Source: Hemiscyllium ocellatum
Lineage: Eukaryota
Assembly (NCBI RefSeq): GCF_020745735.1
Contig: NC_083409.1
Span: 12,585,259-12,649,258 of the forward strand
Length of the DNA stretch: 64,000 nt
Direction of reading: 5' to 3'
The notes beneath the pieces were generated by a model. It ran no database searches. It was not told where the DNA came from and saw only the letters and a list, made by a program, of their open reading frames with translations. Position numbers and translations under genes: made by a program. Numbering within the stretch: position 1 is the stretch's first letter; each line of letters opens with the position of its first letter. This document shows, piece by piece, positions 48,323-59,649 of this stretch.

Positions 48323-51300
48323 TAGAGTCACAGAGTCAAAGAGATGTACAGCATGGAAACAGACCCTTTGGTCCAACTTGTCCATGCTGACCTGACATCC
48401 CAACCCAATCTAGTCCCACCTGCCAACTCCTGGCCCAGATTCCTCCAAACCCTTTCTATTCATATACCCATCCAGATGCCTTTTAAATGTTGCAATTGTA
48501 CCAGCCTCCACCATTTCCTCTGGCAGCCCATTCCACACTCGCACCACCCTGTGCGTGAAAAAGTTGCTCTTCAAGTCCCTTTTATATCTTTCCCCTCTTA
48601 CCCTAAACCCATGCCCTCTATTACTGGACTCCATCAGCCCAGGGAAAAGACTTGGTCTCTTTGCCCTACCCATGCCCCTCATAATTTTATAAACCTCTGT
48701 AAGGTCACTCCTCAGCCTCTGACACTCCAGGGAAAACATCCCCAGCCTATTTACCCTCTCCTTATAGCTTAAATCCTTCAACCCTGGTAACATCCTTGTC
48801 AATCTTTTCTGAACCTTTTCAAGTTTCACAATATCTTTCTGATAGGAAGGAGACCAGAATTGAATGCAATACTCCAAAAGTGTCCTCGGTGACCTCCCAA
48901 TTCCCCTACCCAATACTCTGACCATTAAAGGAAAGCATACCGAATGTCTTCTTCATTATCCTATCTACCTACAACTCTACTTTCAAGGAGCTATGAACCT
49001 GCACTCCAAAGTCTCTTTGTTCAGCAACACTCCCGAAGACCTTACCATTAAGTGTATAAGTCCTGCTAAGATTTGCTTTCCCAAATGCAGCACCTTGCAT
49101 TTATCTAAATTAAACTCCATCTGCCATTCCTCAGCCCAATGGCCCATCGGATCAAGATCCTGTTGTAATCTGAGGCAACCTTCTTCGCTGTCCACTACAT
49201 CTCCAATTTTGGTGTCATTTGCAAACTTACTAACTCTACTGCCTATGTTCATATCCAAATCATTTATGTAAATGACAAAAAGTAGTTGACCCAGGACCAA
49301 TCCTTATGACACTCCACTGGTTACAGGCCTCCAGTCTAAAAAACATCCCTCCACCACCACCCTCTGTCTTCTACCTTTGAGCCAGTTCTGTATCCAAATG
49401 GCTAGTTCTCCTGTATTCCATGAGATCTAACCTTGCTAACCTGCCTCCCATGGGGAACCTTGTCGAATGCCTTACTGAAGTCCATTCAGATCCTGTCTAA
49501 CCTTCTGCCTTCATCAATTCTTTCTGTTACTTCAAAAAACTCAATCAAGTTTGTGAGACATGATTTCCCATGCACAAAACCATACTGACTATCCCTAATC
49601 AGTCTTTGCCTTTCCAAATATATGGAAATTCTGTCCCTCAGGATTCCTTCCAACAACTTCCTCACAACCAACGTCTGGCTCACTGGTCTACAGTTCCCTG
49701 GCTTGTCCTCACCAACTTTCTTAAATAGTGGCACCAATTAGTGAACCTCCAGTCTTCTGGCACATCATCTGTGACTATTGAGGATACAAGTATCACAGTA
49801 AGAGTCCCAGCAATCACTTCCCTAGCTTCCCACAGAGTTCTAGGGTACACCTAATTAGGTCCTGGGGATTTATCCACTTTTATGCATTTCAAGACATCGA
49901 GCACCTCCTCGTCTGAAATACGAATGTTTTTCAAGATATCACCATCTATTTCCCTACATTCTATATATTCAATATCCTTCTTCACAGTTAAACTGAAGCA
50001 AAATACTCATTTGGTATCTGCCCCATCTCCTGCGGCTCCACACAAAGGTCGCCTTGCTGATCTTTGAGGGACCCTATTCTCTCCTTAGTTACCCTCTTGT
50101 CCTTAATGTATTCATAAAACCCCTCTGTATTCTCCTTAACTCTATTTGCCAAAGCTATCTCATGTTGTTGCCCTCCTGATTTCCCTCTTAAGTATACTCC
50201 TACTGCCTTTGCAGTGCATCTAAGGATTCACTAAATCTATCCTGTCTATCCCTGACATATGCTTCATTCTTTTTCTCAACCAAACCCTCAACTTCTCTCA
50301 CCATCCAATATTCCCTACACCTACCAGCCTTTCCTTTCACTGTAACTAGAATATACTATCTCTGGACTCAAATTATCTCATTTCTGAAGGCTTCCCATTT
50401 TCCAGCTGTCCTTTTACCTGCGAGCAACTGTCCCCAATCAGCTTTTCAGAGTTCTTGCCTGATACTGGCAAAATTAGCCTTCCTCCAAATTTAGAACTTC
50501 AACTTCTGGATCTGTTCTATACAGAAACCCATGCAGACACAGGGAGAATGTGCAAACCCCACACAGACAGTTGCCTGAGGTGGGAATTGAGCCCAGATCT
50601 CTCGCACTGTGAGGCAGCAGTGCTAAACACTGTGCCACCGTGCCTGATACTGGCAAAATTAGCCTTCCTCCAATTTAGAACTTGTACACACTTAACAAAT
50701 TCCTCTCCATCTAAACCCTAAACACTATGGCAGTCCCAGTCTATGTTTGGAAAGTTAAAATCCCCTACTGTAACCATCCCATTATTCTTACTGATAGCTG
50801 AAATCTCCTTACAAATTTGATACTCAATTTCCCGCTAGCTACTGGAGGGGGGCTATAATATAATCCCAACAAGGTGATCATCCCCTTCTTTTTTCTCAGT
50901 TCCATCCAAATAACTTCCCTGATGTATTTCTGGGAATATCCTCCCTAAGTACAGCTGTAATGCTATCCCTCATCAAAAATGCCACTCTCCCTCCTCTTGT
51001 GCCTCCCTTTCTGTCCTTCCCGTAGCATTTGTATCCTAGAACATTAAACAGCCAGTCCTGTCCATCCCTGAGCCATGTTTCTGTAATTGCTATGATATCC
51101 CAGTCCCATGTTCCTAACCACGCCCTATGTTCATCTTCCTTCCCTGTTAGGCCTCTTGCACTGAAATAAATGCAGTTTAATTTATCAGTCCTACCTTGTT
51201 CTCTGCTTTGTCCCTGCCTGCCCTGATTGTTTGACCTGCCTTTGTTCTCAACTTTACCAATCTCAGGTTGAAATCTTTCCTCACTATCTCCCTGGGACCC

Positions 51301-52015
51301 AACCGCCCACCTTACTAGTTTAAATCCTCCCGAGCAGCTCTAGCAAATCTCCCTGCCAGTATATTAGTCCCCTTCCAATTCAGATGCAATCTGTCTTTCT
51401 TGTACAGGTCACTTCTACCTCAAAACAGCTTCCAAAGATCCAAAAATGTGAATCCTTCTCCCATACACCAGCTCCTCAGCCATGCATTCATCTGCTCTAT
51501 CCTCCTATTCCTGCCCTCACTAGCTCATAGCACCAGGAGTAATTCAGATATTACGACTCTTGAGGACCTCCTTTTTAAATTCCTGCCTAACTCTCTGCAA
51601 TCTCCCTTCAGAATCTCAACATTTTCTCTTCTATGTCGTTGGTTCCAAAGTGTACAACGACCTCCTGCTGGTCCCTCTCCACCTTAAGAACATTCTGCAC
51701 CCTCCCTGAGACATCCTTGATCCTGGCACCAGGGAAGCAACACAACATTCTGGTTTTTCACTGCTGGCCACAGAAATGTCTGTCTGAACCTTGGGCTAGA
51801 GAGTCCCCTAACACAGTCGATCATTTGGAACCCGACGTACCCCCCATTATATTAGAGCCAGTGTCAATACCAGAAACTTGGCTGCTCATGCTAAGTACCC
51901 CTGAGTTTCCATCACCCCCTACATTTTCCAAAACAGCATACTTGTTTGAAATGGGAATAGCCACAGAAGACTCCTGCACTACTTGCCTACCTCTCTTGCC
52001 TTTCGTGGAGTCATG
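48323..52015 (-). mobile_element. CR1 LINE, near full-length, degenerate
   Basis: Tail agagtcacagagtcaaagag at ~48325; RT ORFs 48410-48925, 48983-49300 and 49486-49737; ORF1 remnants near 51550-52015 (AIPISNKYAVLENV). Confidence 0.9.
50521..50640 (-). mobile_element. HE1 SINE head only (3'-truncated), inside a CR1
   Basis: cggtggcacagtgtttagcactgctgcctcacag...ggctcaattccc...gtttgcacattctccc; flanked by a ~43-bp host duplication (50456-50499 / 50641-50683). Confidence 0.85.
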
Positions 52016-52989
52016 GTAAGAGCCCATGGGATCCAAGGCATTTTGGCAAATTGGATCCAAATATGAGGCAAAGAGTGATGGTGGAGGGTTGTCTTTGTGA
52101 TTGGAAGCCTGTGACCAGTGGTGTAAGACAGGGACTGGGGCTGGGACCCTTGCTGTTTGTAATGTACATTAACAAATTGACTGTGATTGTATAATTAGAA
52201 AGTTTTCAGAGGCCACATAAATTGGTGGTGTTATTGATCTTGATTTGATTTTTATTTTAGTTTATTGTCACATGTACTCGAGTGCAAAAGTATTGGAGTA
52301 CAGTGAAAAGTATGTAACGTCACCTCACAAGGCGCCATCTTATGTACAAGGACCTCAGTACAGAATCATTAAGAACAAGGTAGAAAGAAAGAATAAAGTT
52401 CAAAGTTACATGTTGCAGATCTTTTTAGTTTTAAGTAGAAAATGAAGAAATAAAGCTGAAAGTTCAAGTATGAGAGCCTTTCTTAAGAACTCAGCAACCA
52501 TGGGATCATACTTTAAGTAATCACCTCGAGACCAGAAGTCCACGCTGAGGCCTTCCCGGGTGGAGAGGCCACCATATACAGAAAGGACCACTATGTGGGA
52601 TGAGAGACACCCACTCTGGGCCACTCAGAGATCGCTACACTAGGCCGAGTGACCATCACGCTGGGCTGACAGTCTAGCATGCTGGGCTGAGAGGCCTCCA
52701 CATCGAACTGAGAGGCCATCATGTTGGACCAAGAGTCTGCCTCGTCGGGCTGGTAGGTCTCCCTGCCAGGCCAGGACACTGCCACACCAAGCCAAGGAGC
52801 CACATCATGAGGTCTGCACTGGGTCAGAGGCCTGGCGACTGAGGCTGGGAGTCCGTGTCGGGGAGAAGAAATAAAGGAGAAGGACAAAAGAAAAACACAA
52901 AAGAAAAGGATAAGAGAAGTGGAATAGAAAGAAGAAAAGGAGACAGATGGAGCAGATGAACTCGGTCTGAAGTGTCCTACTCTGCTGCC

Positions 52990-55810
52990 ATCTTGGATTA
53001 CTGGGTCTCAGGCTACAGTCTGATATTGGTCAGCTGGTAAATTGGGCAGAGCAATGGCAGATGGAATTTAATCCTGATACCTCTGAGGTGATCGAACTTG
53101 GAAGGTCTAATAATGGAAGGATATACACAATGAAAGGCATGTGCCTTGAGTGTCCTTATGCATGAATCACAGAGGGTTGGTCTACAGGTACAACAAGCAA
53201 TTAGGAAGGCAAATGGAATTTTGTCCTTCATTGCTAAAGGGATTGAGTTTAAAAAGCGGGAAGGTTATGTTGCAGCTGTACAGGGTGCTGGTGAGGCCAC
53301 TCCTGGAGTACTGCGTGCAGTAATGGTCTCCTCACTTGGAAAAGGCAATACTGGCATGAGAGCGGTGCAGAGAAAGTTCACCAGGCTGATACCGGGGTGG
53401 AGGGGGTTGGCTTATGAAGGGAGACTGCGTAGACTGGGATATATTCATTGGAACTGAGAAGAATGAGGGGAACCTTATAGAAACAAATAAAATTATAAAG
53501 AGAATAGACAAGACAGAAGTAGAGAGGATGTTCTCACTGGCAGGTGAAACTAAAACAAGAGGGTTTAACCTCAAAATTAGGGGGAGCAGATTTAGGACTG
53601 AATTGAGAAGGAACTTCTTCACCCAGAGGGTCATAAATCTATGAAATTCCTTGCTCAATGAAGAAATTGATGCTACTTCAGTAAATGTTTTAAAGCTAAG
53701 ACAGATTTTTTTTAACAATAAAGGAATTCAGAGATACAGTGAGAGCAAATGCCAGGTCTTGCACTTTAGTAAAAATAATACAGGCATGGACAATTTTCTA
53801 AACGGTGAGAAAATTCATAAAGCCAAAGTACAACGGGATCTGGGAATGCTAGTCCTGGATTCTCTAAAGGTTAACTTGCAGGTTGAATCCGTGGTTAAGA
53901 AAGCAAATGTAATGTTGTCATTCATCTCAAGAGCTGAAAAATGTGTTGCTGAAAATGCACAGCAGGAATGAAGAAGGGCTTATGCCCGAAACGTCAATTC
54001 TCCTGCTCCTTGGATGCTGCCTGACCTGCTGCGCTTTTCCAGCAACACATGTTTCAGCTCTGATCTCCAGCATCTGCAGTCCTCACTTTCTCCTAATTTA
54101 TTTCAAGAGTGTTGGAATGTAAAATGAGATGTGCTACTGAGACTGCTCTGGTTAGGCCCCATTTAGTCCAGTTTTGGGCCCCACACCTCAGGAAGGACAT
54201 ATTGACACAGGACCGTGTCCAGTGGAGATTCACACGGATGATCCCTGGAATGGTAAGCCTAATATATGATGAGCGGCTGAGGATCGTGGTATTGTATTCA
54301 TTCGACTTTCGAAGGGGAGATTTACTAGAAACTTACAAGATAATGCATGGCTTTGAAAGGGTGGATGCTGGGAAATTGTTTCCATTAGGTGGGGGTACTA
54401 GGACCCGTGGGCACAGCCTTAGACTTAGAGGGGGTCAGTTTAAAACAGAACTGAGGAGACATTTCTTCAGCTAGAGAGTGATGGGCCTTTGGAATTCATT
54501 GCCACAGAGCGCAGTGGCAGCTGAAATATTAAATGTCTTCAAGGCAGAGATTGATAAATTCTTAATCTTGCAATGAATCAAGGGCTACAGGGAGAGTGTG
54601 GGTAACTGTCGTTAAATGCCCATCACCCATGATTGAATGACGAAGTGGACTCGATGGGCCAAATGGCCTTACTTCCACTCCTTTGTCTTATGGACTTATG
54701 TGGAGCTGAGTCCATGAAAATATCAGCCATGATCTTATTGAATGGCAGAGCAGGGTTGAAGGGACACTTGGCCTACTCCTGCTCCTAGTTCTTATGTTCT
54801 TATGTTCCTTGGGAGTACTGAGGAACAAAGGGACCTTGGTTTACAAGTCCATCAATCCCGGAAGGTATCAGCACAGCTAGACAGGGTGGTGAAGAAGGCA
54901 TATGGGATGCTTGCCATCATTAGAAAAAATAATACAGGCATGGACAATTTTCTAAACGGTGAGAAAATTCATAAAGTCAAAGTACAAAGTGATCTAGGAA
55001 TGCTAGTTCCCGGATTCTCTAAAGGTTAACTTGCAGGTTGAATCCATGGTTAAGAAAGCAAATGTAGTGTTGTCATTTATCTCAAGAGCTGAAAAAGAGC
55101 CATTCCTGAAGAAGGGCTTATGCCCGAAATGTCGAATTTCCTGTTCCTTGGATGCTGCCTGACCTGCTGCGCTTTTCCAGCAACACATTTTCAACTGCTT
55201 GCCATCATTAGCCAGGGTGTAGAATATAGGAAGTAGAAATTCTTGTTGTTATCTGAGAGAGCACTGGTTAGGTCATGTCTGGAATATAGTGCACATTTCT
55301 GGTCATGACACTGTTGGAAGAACATGATTGGACTGGAGAGGATGCAGAGGAGATTAACCAGACTATTCCCTGGGATGGAAAGTGTTCGTTATGAGGAGAG
55401 ACTGTGTTTCTTTCAGATAGACTGTATATGTTTTCTCTGGGGGAAATCTGATTGAGGTATACAAAAATATGAAAGGCATAGACAAAGTCAATTGTGAGAA
55501 TCTTTTCCCCATGTCAGACATGTCTATGACCAGAGGGAATAAGCTTACCGTGTGAAAAAGTGGTTTAGAGGGGTTTTGAGGACTTTTTTCCCCTAGAGGG
55601 TGGTAGAAATATGGAATGTGCAGCTTGAGAAGGTGGTGGAGGCAGCTCCTCTCACAACGTTTAAGAAACATCCAGATGAGCACAGAAAATGCCAGGGCAT
55701 GGAAGGCAATGGACCAAGTGCAGGTCAATGGAGTTTGGTGATTACTGATTGGCATCAACATGTCGACAAACAGAAGGGCCTGTTTGTTTGTTGTATGACT
55801 CTATGACTAT
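52990..55810 (+). mobile_element. Nested CR1 3' fragments with Penelope terminal-repeat insertions (53930-54095 and 55096-55195)
   Basis: CR1 RT ORFs 53146-53644, 53651-53971, 54109-54474 and 55600-55806; PLE repeat gaagaagggcttatgcccgaaacgtc...ccagcaacacattttcagctc occurs twice. Confidence 0.85.
55102..55137 (+). ncRNA. Minimal hammerhead ribozyme motif, variant copy
   Basis: AUUC-CUGAAGA-A-GGGC(UUAU)GCCC-GAA-AUGU-C/GAAU. Stems I and II are intact; the stem III palindrome is altered from ACGU to AUGU. Confidence 0.5.
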
Positions 55811-58800
55811 GAAGAGAAGGACGTGGAAGCATTTTTCATGTTGTTTCAGAAGATAGCAACACAAGTGAGGTGGGAAAAACAGGTTGGACCTTGTCCATGC
55901 AAAAATGAACTTGGGAAGCACAAGAGGTTTCTACATCCCTGTCAGAGAAATGTTCTCAGGATCATGAGGAGGTGAAAACGGCTATTCTAAGCACATATGA
56001 GTTGGCCCCAGAAACATACAGACAGATGTTTCAGAACTTACACAAACAGCCTGGACAAACCTCTACTGAGTTTAAGAGAGTTCAACAAAATAATGTTGAC
56101 AGGTGGATAAGAACATTAACAGCTGAGAATACTTCCAATGCTCTCAGAGAAGTTATCCTTTGAGAAGAATTTAAAACTTCCTTCCCTTCCAGAATCAGAA
56201 TTCATGTAGATGACCAAAGGGGAACGACAGTAAGACAAGCAGCTAGAATGGCTAATGATCATAGACTTTGTTAAAGCCAAAACCCTGCAGATGCTGGAAT
56301 CCAAAGTAGACAAACAGGAGGCTGGAAGAGCACAACAAGCCAAGCAGCATCAGGAGGTGGAGAAGTCACCTGATGGGAGACCGATCCAGGAACCTTTTTC
56401 CCATCAGGCCCAGAAATGGGAGAAAAATAAAAATTGGGAGAGTCTAAGGAAGGTAGATAGCCAGGGGAGAGAATGGACAGGAGGGAACAGCCCGAGAACT
56501 CCTCCTCAGATTAAGAAGGAAATTGCTGAGAGTGGAAGTGATGATCAGAAGCTGAAATGTTTCTCTTGGAATAAGGTGGGCCATGTATGTTTGGAATGTT
56601 GGAAGTTGAGGCAAACCCATGGGATTTATGGGAGTTAGTAAAATGAGTCAGAGAAGGGAACACAGACAGATAATCCCACGGAGCAGGTTGTAGCTGTAAT
56701 CATAACAAAAAGGCCGGAGGTGAATTCTGTCATTAGTAAAGGAAGTTGTCAGGTAGATGAGAGGTGGATAGGACTTTTATCAAAAGGAATGGTGACTCCA
56801 TTTTCTTCAGCTAAACCCAGAACCAAACTGAGAGATACAGGAGCAACACAGTCACTTTTACTGGAGAAAGAATTGATATTCCCTCCAGAGAGCTCGATGA
56901 GAGCTAAGGTATTAATCAGTGGAATTAGTGGAGAATATGTTCCACTTCCATTGTATACAGTACAACTGGAATGTGATTTGTTATCAGGAGAAGTAATTGT
57001 CGGAATGGGAAAACATTCCCTGTTGAGGGAGTCGATTTCCTTCTGGGGAATGGTTTGTCAGGACTAAAGGCAGTAGCTTCCCCGATAATTACAGAATGTC
57101 CAAAGGAGGGCCAAGAAAGAGAACAATGACAGGAACAGGTTCCTGGTCTCTCTCCTTCGTGTGAGGTAACCAGGGCAATGGTTAAACAAAATCCATCAAT
57201 AAGGGTTGATGTGACACCACAGCAAGTGAAAGGATCGCTGAAACGTTCTGAAAGGGTGAAGATAATCCAGGTGGAGTGGTTAGTATGATGTCACTAATTA
57301 CAGCAGATCCAAAAAGCAGATCCTGAATGAAATAAATGAGCACAGTCAGCTCATACTGAGGTCGAGGCTGGAGGGGTTTCAGAGTGTTGATTATGTTCAG
57401 AATGGAGCGCTGATGAGGAAGTGGAGACCCCCTCATAGACCCCCAGAAGAATGGTCGGTTAGACATTGGCTAGTGGTCCCACCCAGCTATCATAGGGAGA
57501 TAGTACAAGGGGCACATGAGACTCCCATGGCAGGTCACATGGGGATTTGGAAAACACAGGCATCCAGAAACAGGTATTTTACTGAGCCACAATTGGATAA
57601 AGATGTGGTGCAGTTTTATAAAACATGTCTTCCTTGTCAAGTTATAGGTAAACCTCAATGCAAAACCAGCATCCTTAATTCTTCTCCCAGTTTTTGAGGA
57701 ACCATCCCGTCATGTACAGGCTTGTCAAGTAGTGAGTATAATAGAGGAGGGGATCAGAAAAAGCTTGAGATCAAAAAAGACCTGGACACTTCCCAAAGGA
57801 ATCTTCCTGTTATTAGATGAACAAATGCAGAGACATTTGAGACTTCAGATACTGTATTTTTGTATCTGGAGAAAGATCAACAGGTAGATTTAGTGAGGCT
57901 GCTCAGACAATACAAAGATGTTTGTATGAGGAGTCGTTGAGGACTTTGGTTCTGTGCTTGATGGAGTTTAGAAAGATGAGAGGGAATGTCATTGAAACTT
58001 ACAGAATACAGGGTAGCCTGGATAGAGTGGACATGGAGGAGATGTTTCTAATGATAGGAGATTTGGAGATCCGAGGGCACAGTCTCAGAGTGAAGAGACG
58101 ATCTTTCGAACTGAGTTGAGAAGTAATTTCTTCAGCCAGAGTGTCATTAATCTGTGGAACTGCAGAGGGCCTAGGAGGCCAATTCATTGAGTGTATTTAA
58201 GAAAGAGATGGTTTGGCTCTTGATTAGTCAAGGGATCAAGATTTACAGGGAAAAGGGAAGAGATTGGGGCTGAGAAACATTATCAACTGTAAATGACCAG
58301 ACATGATGGGCCAAATGGCCCAATTCTGCTCCTTTATCTTGTGGACTTGTATAGATACACTTAGATCTATCACATGAAACAAATATAACATGAATTTGGT
58401 AATTCAGACAAAATAAAACAAAAACCAACCGAAACCGGCAATGGAACAGAGGGCTTCCATGTTGGAGAATCAGCTGATTGAACCATATCAGAGTAATTGG
58501 AGTTCTCCTGTAGTATTGGCTCCTGAACCAAACTGTTCAATTTAATTCTGTGTAGACTCGAGGAATGTGAGTCTCGTCACAAAACCAGATTCATTCCCTA
58601 TTCCCAGCTGAGAAGGTTGCATAGAGAGGGTTTGTAGTATATCATTCTTGTATAAAATTGATTTGTTAAAAGAATGTTGACAAGAACTCACTGATAACTA
58701 GAACTAAGCGAGTTTCTGTATTTATCACACCTAATGGATTATACCCAATGGCAAGTTTTGCTCTGTGGACTTAACAACTCTCCAGTCACATTTGAATGAT
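55811..58800 (+). mobile_element. Gypsy LTR-retrotransposon internal relic, Gmr1-like domain order (gag-PR-INT-RT), split by a CR1 3' fragment at ~57925-58350
   Basis: SCAN-like gag (AILSTYELAPETYRQMFQNL), CCHC knuckle (CFSWNKVGH..LEC), protease (LRDTGATQSLL), integrase zinc region (LVVP...EI...AHETP.AGH.G..KT...C.PCQ..GKP, 57413-57697), then RT start (LIEP.QS.WSSPVVL, DSFPIP) at 58440-58800. No LTRs recognised. Confidence 0.8.
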
Positions 58801-59204
58801 TATTGTGAAAGTGAACAAGGTCACACTCCCCCACATTACACTCCATCTGCCCAATATTTCTTCAAAGCCCAGCTGTATCTAATATTCAGCAGGATGGATC
58901 TTCATTGAGAAATAGCCATTTGTAACTAGAATAATGATATCTCTGAGAATCACATTAATAATTGTTTTTATTGAAGCTTTCATAAGTTCTGTGTTGATTG
59001 ACACAATGCTCTGGTTTGGGCTTTGCTGTCTGTACAAACCATCTGTAATGTCTTTGCTGCAATGGTTCACATTTACATCATCAAACTCACACTCCAAATA
59101 TCCCGTCATTATTCTCCATGGGATTCACTGGCATTGGCTCAGATAGAACTCCCAGCAGCTGAAATGGAGGGTGGGATACGGCTTAGAGAGCAAGAGATGG
59201 AGCA

Positions 59205-59211
59205 CAGGGAG

Positions 59212-59252
<41 letters not shown>

Positions 59253-59255
59253 GAG
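59205..59255. repeat. (GA)n microsatellite
   Basis: gagagagagagagagagagatagagagagatagagagagagagaga. Confidence 0.9.
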
Positions 59256-59649
59256 ATGGAGCACTAAAAGAGAGGGGGATAGAGCTTGGACAGAGAAAGA
59301 GGGATGGAACTCAGAGTGAGATCTAGGCAGCTGAGTGAGAGAGGGGTGGGGAGAGAGAGTGAGAAAGTGAGATGGAGTCAAGGAGTTCTATGTAAAAGAT
59401 AAATTATATTCAGTTAAATATTGCACTAGATGAATTCTGACTCTCTTACTCTGTGAACTCTACCCACAAAGCTGTCTAACTTTGTGTTATTAGCAAACTA
59501 GAGTATCTGACTTTCTATGCCATTATCCAATGCATTAATAAATAATGTAAATAATTGAGGTGTGCACACACATTCCTATTGAACACCACTGGTCACATCC
59601 TGCCGATTTCAGCACTTAGCCATGATCCCTATTTTCTGTCACCTGTCAT

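Noticed and set aside
52450-52990. GC-rich then purine-rich block ending gccatcttggatt
   Set aside because: Looks like the 5' end of an unclassified retroelement on the minus strand (aatccaagatggc), but I cannot support a family or promoter call.
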